Below, one piece after another: positions 1 to 12,790 of a stretch of 64,000 nucleotides of DNA. Below the pieces are notes generated by a model that was not told where the DNA came from, made no database searches, and worked only from the letters and a program-made list of their open reading frames with translations. Numbering within the stretch: the stretch's first letter is position 1; the number at the start of each line of letters is the position of its first letter. The position numbers were made by a program, and so were the translations under genes. Source of the stretch: Callorhinchus milii (lineage: Eukaryota); NCBI RefSeq assembly GCF_018977255.1, contig NW_024704742.1:2048001-2112000 (forward strand). The letters run 5' to 3'.

Positions 1-829
1 TTGACAAAATCATATCCCGCTTTGTTTCTCCAGTGCCTGATACCGTGTTTACTATTCCGATGACTGTCCTTTCTCTAACCCTCACCGGCAACCCAGATGT
101 AGATTTTCCTGTGTTGAATGGAGGCTAGAATTCACAGCAAACGATCGGAGAGACGAAGATTGAGCTAACAAATAGAAGTACAATTGTTATTATTATTAAG
201 CGTTTTTAAAAAAAAACGTTGTTTACATTTTTTTTAATGTTAAAGAACAAATATTAAGAAACTAAGCTACGTTCATTACACTTTCCCTCAGTGCTTTGTA
301 ACGGCATCCACTCCTGGAGTAAATCCGCTGAATGTGATGAATAACAATTCTTGCATTTGATATAGCGCCTTATCCATTCAAAGTGCCCCAAAGAATGTAA
401 TGTGAAGAATTTAATGTAAAGCGTAGTAGCTGTATATTTAATCTTCCCAATGCAGTCAGTCTGGACTCACATATATTACCACTGCAGCCAAGGAGAAAGC
501 AGCCGAAAACAATTTAGATGAGGCAGGAATATTTCTTGGACTCATCAAAAGCAAAGTACATCACTGATGAATATACCGTTGATGCACGAGGTCCAAATCT
601 GTTTCAGATCCTTCAGAAAATCTTCTGCACCTGTTTTCTCCCTTCAACCCTTTCCCTGAGATTAGATTTTCTTTTTTCACCCTCCAGCACCTCACCCCAA
701 GCGACTATCGTTCACGTTTAAGTCTTTAGTAAATTTGGGGCAGGGGATATTGGAGGGGGATATCTGAGTGAGGTGCTGAGTTAAAAGTTGGTTACTTTCC
801 CCCCCACCGCCCCCCGCCCCCCACCTCTT

Positions 830-932
830 TCGAATCCAACCCCTGGGCCAGGTGCAAACCCTTGTTTGTCCAGCGCCTTGGGAAGTCCTCCCGACATGAA
901 AGGTGCCACGTAAATGCATTTTGTTGTTTGTG
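830..932 (+). mobile_element. L2-type LINE 3' tail fragment
   Basis: CAGCGCCTTGGGAAGTCCTCCCGACATGAAAGGTGC followed by a TTG-rich end. Same tail as the L2 copies at 17351-17668 and 25815-26077. Confidence 0.6.
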
Positions 933-1149
933 TTGTATATTTTGTGGGCGAAACGCGGCAGCCAGTTGCGCACAGCCGGTCTTGGCTTGAGTGACCAAAT
1001 GTTTATTATTATTGTTACTTTTTTGAAGGGATTATTACCCCCAAAATAGCGATCCGCCAACTGACTAACAACCGGCTTTCTACTCATTGCTAGGTAATTA
1101 AACAGAGGTGTTTTATCCAGGAATCGAACCCAGCTCCTCTCGCTTGTGA
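933..1149 (-). mobile_element. tRNA-derived SINE, long subfamily, partial
   Basis: Reverse complement contains the GAGCTGGGTTCGATTCCTGG B-box, the GTTGTTAGTCAGTTGGCGGATCGC segment and the GCTGTGCGCAACTGGCTGCCGCGTTTCGCCCACAAAA core. Confidence 0.8.
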
Positions 1150-3636
1150 CCACTAAACTATAAGTCGCCACAAAAACTTTGGCTCAGAATCTTTGGCCAA
1201 TGAAGCTGGACCGATTATCAGTGAAAGCTTCCGGTAGCTTTTATTCGTGCAGAAATGTCTCGACTTCTTCTGACCCCGTAAATCCCGGAATTAAGATAGA
1301 GTCCAACAATCCTACCTGCCTTGTGGCAGGATTGATGAATAAAGCAAGCACACAAGTCTGGATATAATTGGGAACCCTGCCCTCATTCAGCAACCCACTG
1401 GGGAACTATATTTTTATAATTTGTTAAGAATAGATAGAAGCGCAAGGAATACATGCTCCACAGATATCCCTATAAATATCCGAGTTATATCTGCTGCAGT
1501 TTGTTCCACTTTATCACCCGCTTGATCCGACCTTTTTTACCGGCCACCGAGAGAAATCTCCGCAGGTTTAACCCGCTTTGTCGAATTGCAGGCTGAGTGA
1601 CAGTGGAACGAGTGGCTCCCCCTTGCAGGCTGGGCAAGTGAGCGTGACAAGCCGGAAAAGCAAACGGGAATGCCACTGCGCTTTGCCGGTGTCAAGGAAG
1701 AAGGAAACTCTGTCGAGTTGAATCGAGAGCAGGGATTAAAGTTGCAGCTGTTGTGCTTAGCACTGCTGTGCTTTACATCGAATTCGGCGCTGCAAAGTCG
1801 GCGATGTCAGGAGTAGTAGGAACACGGTTTAAGCAGTGCTGCTCGAATATTTATGCCGGGACTGAAGTCATTGAAGAAGGCAGGCAATATATTGCTTTCC
1901 CTAATCACTTTACTTTCTGGTTTTGCAGCCCATCCCAACTCCTTCCCGACTGCGTGGCTTTGTGTGTGTGTGTGTTTGTGTGTGTGCTCGTGTGTCGATA
2001 GGTCTGATTTTGGTCACAAGATTACAAGAGAGGCTCAAATGAAAAAAAGGCCCTTTGGGCTGATTTGATCTCATTCTATCAGAAAAGCGAAACCCCCTGC
2101 CGTGTCCCCATCACAGCGTCCAGCTGTTTATTTTAAATGAGGTCAACCAACATCCTGTCCTCTTATCTTCCCGATCCCTGCTCCAATCATTGATTGGGTA
2201 AAGAAAAACGTCTTGAAGTCCGTCCTCAAATTCCTCTTTGCGACTCCAAACCTCTTACTGTCTTAAGTGGGTCCCGAATCGTGGCTCCACGTTTACTTTC
2301 TCAAGTGCCACTTAAGGTCGTTTCCACTTCTGTAACGTTCCCATTCGAAGAGCCCAGATTCTCGGCTCATTGCTCGGAGGTCATTCCTCCACAATGAGAA
2401 TTGAATTGTTGCTCTCCTTTGCACTGCCCCTCCGACCGCGGCAATCCCCTTAATGATGATAATAATAATAATAATAATAAAATAAAACACAGGAGAGGTA
2501 AAGGTCCCTGTGATGTCCACAGTGTTTTTTTCCAGACAGTACCCTCTAAACCCGCACGGACTTGCCGGTCTTCAGATCAGCCCCCAAGAGATCGACAGAG
2601 CTGGAATCTCCCGAGACTTTTTACTGCCCACTGTCAAACAGCTGCTTTAAGTACTTTGCTTATTTTGAAAGTGTTTGCACTTTCATAATAATATTAATAA
2701 ATCTTACAGTTGGCGCAGAGCTTTTACAAGTGCTTTTTTTCATCGCCTCCACCTTGGGGGGGTGTGGGGGTGGGGGTCTTGCTTTATGATGTTCTCAAAG
2801 GCGCTAGCGATTGCGATTTGGGTTTTGCCGTCGAGCGGGACGTATCACCAGTGTCCCGCTCTCCCGATGTAAGTTTCCGCATTGCCTGAAGTTGGCACAA
2901 CAAAATAATATTGTTGGTGTGGAATATATAATTTTTTTTTAATTAAAATTCAGCAGGCTGTTTGCCGTAGCTGATTATTCTAACTGTGATCATATTGATC
3001 GGTACTCTGACCACGTTCCACTCAGGTGCCGAGCCGTTAATTGTCGAGCGCCTTGGGGCGTCCGTACTGATGCGAAAAGGCGCTGCGCAAAATGTAGATT
3101 TGCATTGTTGCATTGGCGGCCTCGACAACGGGTAAGGCAAGGCATCTCCGCAGAGGAACGCAGCGATCCTCGCCAGAGGATCCTTCAGAGTGGATTTGCA
3201 GAATTCTGTTACTGATATGATACTATATCATTTCTCGTTGTGTCTCCGTATCTGCCGATCTGGAATTGGTGTGTGGAATTTAATACCACGCTGATGTCCA
3301 TCACGTCCGCGAATGCGTCTTATCAGCTCGCCGACTTGCAACTTCTTTATTGGATTTTGCAGCTAATTGATGTGTGAGTTCACGCGATAAGGCTTGAGAG
3401 TTCCAAAGAAGCCGGAGAGCGACACTTGGGGGTGGGGGGGGGGGGGGTCCTGATCACGTGCGTGTCGCAAAAATGTAATCCGTCATCTCTCTTTCGAGAC
3501 TGCGTGTGCCGATTGGGTGTCCGTGCCTTCAGCCTGCATTGTTCCTCACTCGTCGCAGCCCCCGCCAGAAGTGATAACGTCTGATCACTTTCCGTTTGCA
3601 GTGAATTCACCCCGAAAATAATAAATAATAAGCGTA

Positions 3637-3657
3637 ATAAATAAATAAATAAATAGA

Positions 3658-3711
<54 letters not shown>

Positions 3712-3729
3712 GATAAGTAAGTAAGTAAG
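3637..3729 (+). repeat. compound (TAAA)n/(TAAG)n microsatellite
   Basis: Directly visible tetranucleotide tandem repeat. Confidence 0.95.
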
Positions 3730-4183
3730 CGTACGTGTGCTGTCAAACTACATACGCTTATTTATTATTTATAACTCTTTAGAATGATTTTTGAAGACCT
3801 TATCCGTAAGAACACTCCCTTGCTGGATGAGGATCGTTCTCATCCGCGTAGACTCAACTTCACTTTCCTGTTGTACTTTGAAGGAGGGTTTCCGAAATAA
3901 TTAGCTGTTTGCGCTTCACGAGCTGCTGTCTTCCGTGAAAGCACCGCAGCGTTCCAGCGCAATCTGAGCCGTGCTTCAGAACAGCCTGGGCTGAGGGCGG
4001 ATCTGCTCCCTTTTGCTTTCCGCCACGAATTCCGGCAAGGGTATCGGAAGGCATACCAAAGCAGGTTGTCCAGAGAACAGGCCGTCAGTCGCTCGTGATG
4101 AAAGGTATCCCTGCCTTAAGTCTGTCTGCTTGTCACACGAAGCACAAACTGAATGGAAGAACTCATGCCGTTCCGTGATATCA

Positions 4184-4404
4184 GCTTTCAGCTGCTACGC
4201 CCCCAAAAGCTCTGGAACACTCTCCCTCAGTCCCTCTCCCTTTGCCCCCGTTGCTCAAGTCCCACCTGAAGACTTTCCTCTTCAACCGTGCCCGTGGCCA
4301 CCTCTACCCTCTACGCCCGGCTCGGAGTCAGGCTCCGCCACTGTTAAGTGCTCTGAGACTCTATCCTGAGTGGAGGGCGCTGTATAAGTGCAAGTTGTCG
4401 TTGT
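4184..4404 (+). mobile_element. L2 LINE 3' end (ORF2 C-terminus + 3' UTR)
   Basis: Degenerate AFSxxAPxLWNxLP...LKTFLF coding remnant, then a tail ending GGGCGCTGTATAAGTGCAAGTTGTCGTTGT. Confidence 0.75.
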
Positions 4405-5274
4405 ACCATCACTGAATGGTGCCTGCGATCACCTCTCTCCCCCACCCCCTCACCTTCCTCTCAGTTCAGGTCCAACCAGTGTCATACATGGAGGGCGCTG
4501 TTTATTGTTGGTACAAATGGATCTTGTGGTATCTGCGTTGATGTGTGGTCGGGTCCAGTCAAGTTCAAACCGCTCTCATTTTATTCGCAGCCTTGCTTTT
4601 GCTCACTGTGATAAGAAATATTTCGCGGAAGCAAAATGAATCATTGGCTTCAAAAGTCTTTATTTCGTTTTACCTTTTTACGCCTTTCCCGAAGTCCTTT
4701 TTTTTTCTTTCTACCTCTCTTTCATTGATTGTTATTCAAACCGTTACGTACGAATCTTATTCGCCCCACTCCGCCCGCTCCTGTACACGTCTGCACTGTC
4801 TTTGGTGAGAGCGAAACCGACTGCTTTTCCCTTATTTTTAAGTCTCATAAGACGCTTTGCTTTCTCCTGTGCGTTGTCTCGGTGTGCCTTGGCACCGGTG
4901 CTCTTGTCTATCTCACCCAGCTTGTCAGTGTGGAGGAGGGGTTGTCGCAGAAAGGGAGGGAACAATAACGCAAGAGGAGGCGGTGGAACAGAATTCTTAA
5001 TCCCATCTGCTTGTCAAGGTCCCTTCTGTCGCTGTCTCTTCTTTGGCTCTCAGCAGTGCTGTGTGTGTGTGTGTGTGTATAAAAAACACACAGGAGTCTG
5101 TACTTTAGAAGCTTCTGCTGCAAAAATATTGTTTACCGAGAATGTTTCTGATACTGAGGCAGGACTCACACGGACTCAAACACATTCTAATCGCGAGGAC
5201 GTTGGAGTAATGCTTCTGGGCTATAGGCAGCTCGAGACCGTCACCTTTTTTTTGTTTGTTTGTTTTTCCTTTAG

Positions 5275-5660
5275 GTCTACTGAGAAAGCCAGAGATCACC
5301 TTCATCTCTAGAGAAAAAAAATATATATAATTTATTAATGAAAACCCTATCTCTGAAACGAGAGATTGAGACAAAGAGAGAGAGAGAGAGAGAGAGAGAA
5401 CATGTTTGACACAAATGCTTTCTAAAACAGTACAAAAACCTATTTTACAACATTTCCATTAACAAGTCTTGGGACTGGATGGCCTTTGAAGTTTTTTTTT
5501 CAAAAAATCCTAAACAGATGTTTTTTCCCTACGACAAACACGTTTACGGGACAGTCTTGTTGTTTTTTTAAGAAAGTTTTTACAAAGCACACTGCTGTAA
5601 AACAAGAAGAAAATATTTCTCTGTACAGTGTATTTTTAAATAAATATGTACATCTTGTGT
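5275..5660 (+). other. candidate terminal exon / 3' UTR of an unidentified gene lying upstream of the window
   Basis: Long T-rich tract ending TTTTTCCTTTAG (AG 5273-5274). Early stops in all three frames (GTC TAC TGA at 5275-5283; TAG ending 5311). AT-rich UTR-like sequence follows and ends in a poly(A) signal. Confidence 0.5.
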
Positions 5661-5690
5661 TTTTCTTTCTGTTTTTTGGTTTATTGTCTT
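5622..5690 (+). terminator. candidate cleavage/polyadenylation signal
   Basis: TGTA motifs (5622, 5629), AATAAA at 5639-5644, then a GT/T-rich downstream element (CTTGTGTTTTTCTTTCTGTTTTTTGG). Confidence 0.55.
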
Positions 5691-5864
5691 CGAGAAAAGC
5701 TGTGAGTTCTTCTTTAGGTTTAGTTTACGTGGATGTGTGCCGCCCGCCCCCCCCCCCCCCACAAATAAGCTGCATGTCGTTATTCTACCCCGAGGGGCAT
5801 GTCGTACATCGTGCTTTTCCTTCAAACGATTGTGTTGAACAGTTGTTTGCCATCGTCATGATGA

Positions 5865-5972
5865 GGGGGGAGAGAAAGCTTTCCCTTTCTGTCGATTTCC
5901 GTGCGGTAAGTGGGAGGCATGGAAATCTCAGCTGGGTTCGGATACCCTTAAGCATGGTTTCCGCATGTGGTC
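5865..5972 (+). mobile_element. unclassified interspersed repeat (family X), 3' fragment
   Basis: GTAAGTGGGAGGCATGGAAATCTCAGCTGGGTTCGGATACCCTTAAGCA...GGTTTCCGCATGTG aligns by eye to 30265-30335. Confidence 0.65.
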
Positions 5973-8564
5973 GGTGGTGGTGGGGGGGGTGGTGGGGGTT
6001 GGTCGAGAGCGACGGAGTCAATAGCACTTTTAAAAGCAAAAAAAAAACACCTCCATCTGCCCACTCTTGGNAAAAAAGGGTTTATTTTACCAAAATTTGA
6101 TTCAAACCCATCAGTTTCTTGTCTCCGCTCTGAAATTGAGCCGCTCTCAAATCTCCTGTGGGGCATTAATGGGCCACTTTATGAGATGTTATGAAAGAGC
6201 AGACTGGCTCTTTAATAACGCTCAGTATCGGTCAACACGGTAAGTTTAGATGTGCCACGTCCAGAACTACTGACAGCATCTTCACAGCCCCTGAGCGATG
6301 TATGAATCGGGAAGTATAAATCACTTTCAGCAGCAATAAAAGAAGATATTGAGTGTGATCTCATAAGCTGGGACAAGTTCCTCTGCACCAATGTGACAGT
6401 TCTACGTCCAAAAAGGCATCCTTGTGGCCTTTTTGAAGAAGACTAAAACCTTGGACCCAAACTCTAACACTTTGTGTTCTGCACTAAGAGTTGGGTTGCA
6501 ACCCTATTTCGCTTTGGACCCTTAGAATCAGAAAACAAAAGAGAGCCGTTTTTCCTATGGGTCTGGTGTGAACTCAAACACAAATAGCGGTGGGCAAACC
6601 CACTTACATCACTGATAGATAGGACCTAATGTATCTCCAACTTAAACATTTCAGTCGCTCATTCACTTTGCTGCACCTACAGAGAAAGGGTGAAACGTTT
6701 CGGATCCTGTGAGAGGAAACGTTTGTATTATCGCAATTGTAATAATATTATTTGGCTCGAATGCCTTGAGCTGATCTCGTGCTTACTTACTCTCCTACCA
6801 GGCAGTTTCAAGAAGCAGTAAGGAAAAGCCAGACAGATAAGCCATTATGCGCTTCCAAATACCACACGACCTCAGTGCTGTCTGGAAACTATCATAACCC
6901 CTTCAATCATCACAATAAATTCAAACAAATTGAAAAAAAAATCATTTTCAGCACTAAGCAACAATCTCATCCACACATTAACATAACAAACTTGATGCAC
7001 AAAAAACCCACAGGTGTTTCAGAGGCATAGAGCGATGACAGGATTTGACCCCAGCGCTGGCGTTACCTCTTAGAAACTGCAGTCACAGGTAGAAAGAATC
7101 AATTCAGCAAAGAGGAATAGTTGGATCCTTTTGGACTAAATGCTCCAGCTCCCTGAAACCTCTCGATGGCCACCCTCTCTATCTGTCTCACTTTTTCAAC
7201 CTGTTCCATTTCAATCCATGCCATTATCTTAGAAAACTATGGAAGATGACGCCAACTAAAAAGAAAGTTCTTGGTAACATATGCCCGTACCAAATAACAT
7301 ATTGCTGCCACATACTATGGACAGTAAAGTGTTATAAACGGTACTCAAGACAGGAGGCGGTTATTTGTTTTCACATTGTTTTCACATGGCAACCAGAGTA
7401 TCGCAAGGAAATGGAAATTCACCTCACACACTGCTGCAACCTTTAGCGATTGCTCTATTTCTTCCCCCTGAATGAAGTGCTAAGCGACAACTTCATGAGG
7501 GGCTGACAATAAACACGTCACTCACAAGCACAAGACTTGGCGAGCGAGTTATTTGCAGGAACATTTATTCTGTCCCTACACCGCATGTACGCAACCAAAC
7601 GTAGTGTTTAACGGGATTCCAAATGGCTTTGCGTTAGCTTGTTGTCTCTCAGAGCATTTATCGTTGCACTGTGGGGTGCAATGGAGTGATGGTGATGGAT
7701 TGGAGAGATTTTATTGGAGCAAATGCACCACAAGGCAATATGCCCAAAAGACCTGGTTTGGCATTCTTGTTTGTTTTATCCTTTTTTTCTAAACCTGTGA
7801 GCATGCAAGGTTGGGAGTTGTTAAAAGTCGTGTTCCACATTTTCCCATCCCATGTGATGTTATTGCCGTTGACACTTCTCAAAAGGTATCTCACGCCTGT
7901 AAGTGATGGAATGGAAATCTTGTAATCAAAACTTGGTGTGAGTGGGATCACAAGCTAGAAACTCTACACTCCACGCCTTTACCTCGCAGCTAAAATTCCA
8001 GTCCATCAATCTTCAATTGCTCCATCTTGCATAATTCTCAATCAATTTACTTGCCAAATAACTATCTAATCTCCTTCTGGATTTGCTGACAGGCTCAGCC
8101 CCTTCCCTTGGGTTATCTCGTCCCATATATTCACCGTAGACAGGGACGGTAACAGTTTGTGTTCTGCAACTTATGCCCTTAAGAACTGGGTTGCAAACCT
8201 GTTTTTTCAAGCAGTTTAGTCTAAATGGGCAATGGCAAGCTTGGGCTTTGAAAGCCTGCAGTTAGTTAGGTCATGAGCTCCACAGTCGTGAGGTTCTGGG
8301 AAAAAATACGATTAGAAAATTTTGCAATGGGATTTTGGTACAATGGGGTTGAAGAAAGAATTAATTACACTAATTCAATTCCACCGATAAAATTATAAAA
8401 ATTTGTTTTTTAAAAAAGCACAATTTAATAATACCCTAAAAGCACGATAGAATATGAAATACCAATTCACATGGAATCTTGCAGAGAATTCCTACAGGAA
8501 TTTGAGCGATGAAGCTTTGAAGCTGGTCAAATGATTATAAAATGATTATAAAATGAAGAATGGT

Positions 8565-9065
8565 TAGGAATATAGGAACAGAATAGGTTATTCAGCCCAT
8601 CAAGCCTGCTCCCCTTATTTTGGGGGTCATGGCTAATGTGTAACTCAAATTCATTTGCTTACCTTTTGTCCACAAACCCTGTTGCCCTTACTAGCTCAGT
8701 ATTTATCTGCGTGCCTCTTAAACATCCGCATTAACTCAACGACCTCAGAGGAAATGAATTCTAAATTGTCCACAACTTTCCCACAATGAGCAAAGAAACG
8801 TCTTCTGATTTTATCCCTGTCAGGTCTGGTGTATTATTTTTCATGTTGCCCTTTTCATCTGGTTCCTGCATTCATGGGAAAGAGTCTCTCCTGATCCAAC
8901 TCCGTTAATTCCTTTAACAATGAAATGCAATATAATTTACATTTATGTCGTGCTTTTCACGTCGGGAAGACATCTCAACCTACACAACTTAATCCCACCT
9001 TGATCAGAATCCACCTCTCAACCTCCTCTATTGAGAAGGAGAAGTAGGATTTGATTTATCCAGCA
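8565..9065 (-). mobile_element. CR1 LINE 3' end, degenerate
   Basis: ATAGGAACAGAATAGGTTATTCAGCCCATCAAGCCTGCTCC is the reverse complement of a CR1-type 3' tail; ORF2 C-terminal remnants lie beyond it. Confidence 0.65.
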
Positions 9066-9639
9066 ATACAGAAAATTGAAAGTTGTGAGACGATTTTGAG
9101 AAGTTTCTGGATGGGGTGTGACTCCCGGTGTGAAACGACTGTGTCTTCCATCGCTAGTAAGTCAGTAAGAGTTTTACTATCTGTAGTTTAGAAGGAATAG
9201 AAGGCAAAGGGTAGCTATAATAAAAGTGTAGCAGAATTGAATGCCAATACTGTTGAGGAATGAAGCGGTCTAGGCGTGCAGTTATGCACATCTTTAAATG
9301 TGTGAATGCAATTAGAAAGGTGATAACTTGTGTAAACTGGTTTCTGAAATTAATACCTCCAGACATTGAATACAGAACTCTGAGGAGAAAAGCTCCAATT
9401 TGTCCAGTCTTTCATGGTAGGTGTATTCCCTTGTTCTCTTGTAAAATCTTTGCAAATCTACATACACTGTACTCTCAAATTTTAGAGTATCCTTGTGATG
9501 TGGCAACCGAAAACTGTGCACAATTAATCCACATGTGGGCTATCCAAGGTTTCGTATGAATTTAACACGGCTACTTTATACTCTAATACTCTGGACATAA
9601 TGCCGAGGACTAAATTCTGTACGTCTCTATCCGCCTGTG

Positions 9640-10230
9640 CTGCTACTTTTAGAGCCCTGTGATTCTGAATCTTCTTTATTAACGTTTCTTACCAAAGTGA
9701 CTCGCTTCACATTTCCCTGTACAAGTCATCTGTTATTGGATCCCTGAGAAACAAGGACTTCCTACTTTTTACCAGAGTGAGAATTTGCCCTTTACTCCTA
9801 CTCTCTGTTTTGTATTTTCCAGTCGTCGCTGAATCCTTTCTGTTGCCTCTCTCTTCACTCAAAATGCCTTGATTTTAGCCATTAGCCTCTTATGTGGCAG
9901 CTTATCAAAGGCCTTCTGGAAGCCCATATAAACTACATCCACTACATTTCCCTAGTCCAGTTTATCCGTTAACTCTTCAATGAATTTGCTAAGCTTGATC
10001 AAGCATAACTTTCGCTTCGCGAATCCACGCAAGCTGCTTTTAATTATATTCTTCTTTTTGATTTGCTTGGTCATTTCATCCATTATAATGGACTCCAGTA
10101 TTATCACTCTGCATAACTCTATATAAACTTCACTACCACGGATGTTAAGCTAATTGGTCTGTAGATTCCTGGACTAGCTCTTTCTCCTTTTGAAAACAAA
10201 TGGCTACTGCATTTAAACTCTTCAGTTCTC
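9640..10230 (-). mobile_element. CR1 LINE reverse transcriptase fragment (pseudogenic)
   Basis: Minus-strand translation gives YRPISLTSVV and NVVDVVYMGFQKAFDKLPHKRLMAK, typical CR1 RT motifs, with stops and frameshifts. Confidence 0.85.
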
Positions 10231-11544
10231 CATTGCGTTCTTAAATATATATATACTCGTGCTTCATCTATCTCCTCCACTGGAGGATTGTCATCGGATG
10301 AACTAGTGGGAGGTGAGAAGAAATGTTTTCACACAGAAGGCTTTCAGGAGGTGGAAAGCTTTCCATGAGAAACTGTTCAGGCTGAAACTATCGCAGCATG
10401 TTAGACTCACGTGGAGTATAAATACTGGCACAGGCTGGTTGGGCCGAATGACCTGTTTCCGTACGTTCTGTGTAAATCTATCTAAACATCTAAAAGGGAA
10501 TCAGATAAATATCTGAAGCAGAAGATTTTATCAAGGATAATCCTTGCCTAAATGGCATACGAAGGAAGCAAGAAATTGGAATTAAAGTTGTAATAAACAG
10601 TGACACGATAGGTGTGGGTGAAGAAGGTCCTTCGGTCCACCTTCTCTCATCATTTCAGAACACCCACATTACCATCCCGCCGTCACAAATTTAAGCTATT
10701 TTTTTTAAACGTGCCCTGGCCTCAATCACTTTTCCTGGCAACCTGTTGCACTGTTGATGGGCCTCTGCGGAAAGACAAACCTTGATACAAAAGAGTCCAC
10801 AATCGGCTTCGGAGCAAACTGTTGTGCCAGAGTCAGGAGGGTGGGGATATTCATTCTAAAACCTAAATACCTAAAGATAGCTTTGGATTGCACAAAATCT
10901 CACCAGCAATAAATATAGCATTGAATGTTACGTTTTTTTTTAGGCAGCCTCTTTAAATCCTTTCCAGCTTCATCAATCTTTGCTAACCACGTGTTATTTG
11001 AGTTCATCATGGTGCGGGTTCCAAAAATAAAAAATATCTTGGCGTCAGCAATTTTGGCATAACTTTATTTTACACTGCGTGTCCCACATTTATACTGTGA
11101 GATTGGACCTGGAGCTCATCAAACAGCACAATGTTCCGCTGGAACCAGGAATACTGACATGTTGTCAACATTTCGTATGAAAGGCTGGATCTAGATTGCA
11201 TCCCATCACTTCCATCTTCAACATGTAGCTGCCTGCATCCATTAAATGAATAGGTTGGAGCTGAGGCTGTGTTTTATAATCTGATTTATACCACAATGTT
11301 ACAGCATGGGTTATCATTGCACTCTACCTACCAGCACACACTTATCTCCCCGGGTCAATATAAGGCTTCAATGACCGTAAAACGAGTGCTTCAACTGAGG
11401 ATAGTAGAGTTCTGGATGTGCTTTATTTAAACTGTAAACCATTATAAAATGTCATTTTATATAAATGTCATATATATGTATAATAGCCTCAGACATCAAG
11501 GCCATGCAACCAGACAGGAGGGTTAAGGGCTAAAATTAGGAGCA

Positions 11545-11720
11545 AATACATAAATGCATGGAAATATTAAAAATAAATTGGTGAAACCAGAGGCACTGGC
11601 AGCAACTGCTAATTACGCTGTGGTTGGAATCACAGAGAGCTGTCGAAAGCAGGATAATGTAAGTGAACATAATTTACAAGAGTTACAGTTTATTCAGGAC
11701 AGATCAGATGGATAGTAAGG
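11545..11720 (+). mobile_element. CR1 LINE apurinic endonuclease fragment
   Basis: Remnant reading YINA...KNKLVKPEALAATANYAVVGITES...YSLFRTD, matching the N-terminus of a CR1 ORF2 endonuclease. Confidence 0.7.
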
Positions 11721-12269
11721 TTGAACCAGCATCGCAGGTTCAACCGTGGTATGAAAATCTCGTCCCCATTCAGATGGCACAAATGGCATCGTCCAAAGAC
11801 CATATTTCTGTTACAACAATGAGCTTCCGCAATCGACTCATAGATCATCAGTTTTGTTGCTTTTCACTATAATTGTTCCAAACACTCTGAGAGCTTTTCA
11901 TTATTTGCTTATCCTTTTGACCTGATAAGTTGAAAACCGGCGCATGTACCAACCATTGCTCAGTTACTACTATAAATCCTTTCGTTTGAATTTCTTTGTG
12001 ATATATTTGTAAGCCGGATTAAAATTTGTTTGCCGTGTGTCTCCAAGTGCGTAACTAAAATAATCTTTTGCCACTTTTTATATCTCAGCAAATGTAATCA
12101 CCTCGAAAGTTGACTTCAATAAAGGTATAACCACTGATTCGACATAACGTCATTCAACACTTCCATTCCATCTCCTCCAGAGAAGGTACATTTTAACTTT
12201 TAAGTGGGAGCTTGCTGTCCCTTCACCCTTTCTACACTGTAACTTCACTCCTATATTATAACTTCATCG

Positions 12270-12790
12270 TTCAACACCACTTTTCTTCATCTTTGCCCCA
12301 TCGCCAGTCTCCATCTCCGTGTCATGCCCACACCTTTGTTACCCCCAGACTGGACTTTCCCATTCCCCTCTTTGCATATCTCCTGAACTGTACCATCCAG
12401 TCCAACTCATCCAGAATACAGTCACTTACGTAGTTACTCACACTCAGCTTCACAAGCCAGTCACCACCAGCCTTGGTCTACTCCCCTGGCTTCCTATTGA
12501 CTTTAAGGTCCTCATTCTCACCTACAAAACCCTACACTTCCTCTCTCAGTAGCTCTTGTTTTTTCCCGTGCACAAAGCAACATTGGACCTGCTGCATGTC
12601 ACTCTTCCCCCTCTACACTTCAGCCGCTATGTCCTACCCTCTGGGAATCCCTCCCTAAATCCCTCTACGTCACCCTCTCTTTATCTCTGTGCTTTGATAC
12701 CCTATGCCAAAGGTGCCATAGAAATGGAAGTGGTTTTCATAGCATCACCCCTTTCTGGGTGTTATATAAATCCAAGTTTTTTGTTGTAAC
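12270..12790 (+). mobile_element. L2 LINE ORF2 C-terminus and tail, degenerate
   Basis: HTFVTPRLDF and LPWLPIDFKVLILTYKTLH resemble the L2 HAFVTSRLDY and LHWLPxxxRIDFKIL motifs. Confidence 0.75.

Noticed and set aside
5275..5283. Naming the gene from the two-codon terminal frame VY* (a tiny last coding exon recalls TAFA/FAM19A-type architecture)
   Set aside because: Nine bases cannot identify a gene, and the intron phase is unknown.
5486..6100. 204-aa ORF
   Set aside because: Low-complexity translation of UTR-like DNA, poly-C/G tracts and a repeat fragment; contains the ambiguous base at 6071.
6409..6435. Hairpin CAAAAAGGC-N9-GCCTTTTTG resembling an intrinsic terminator or histone stem-loop
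   Set aside because: Eukaryotic context with no adjacent histone CDS; short stems like this occur by chance.
6670..6725. Hammerhead ribozyme of Penelope-like elements (CCGAAACGTT on the minus strand; also TGAAGAAG..GAAATGT near 14760 and CTGACGAAGG at 28188)
   Set aside because: In no case are both catalytic boxes (CTGANGA and GAAA) present with pairing stems. At most decayed remnants.
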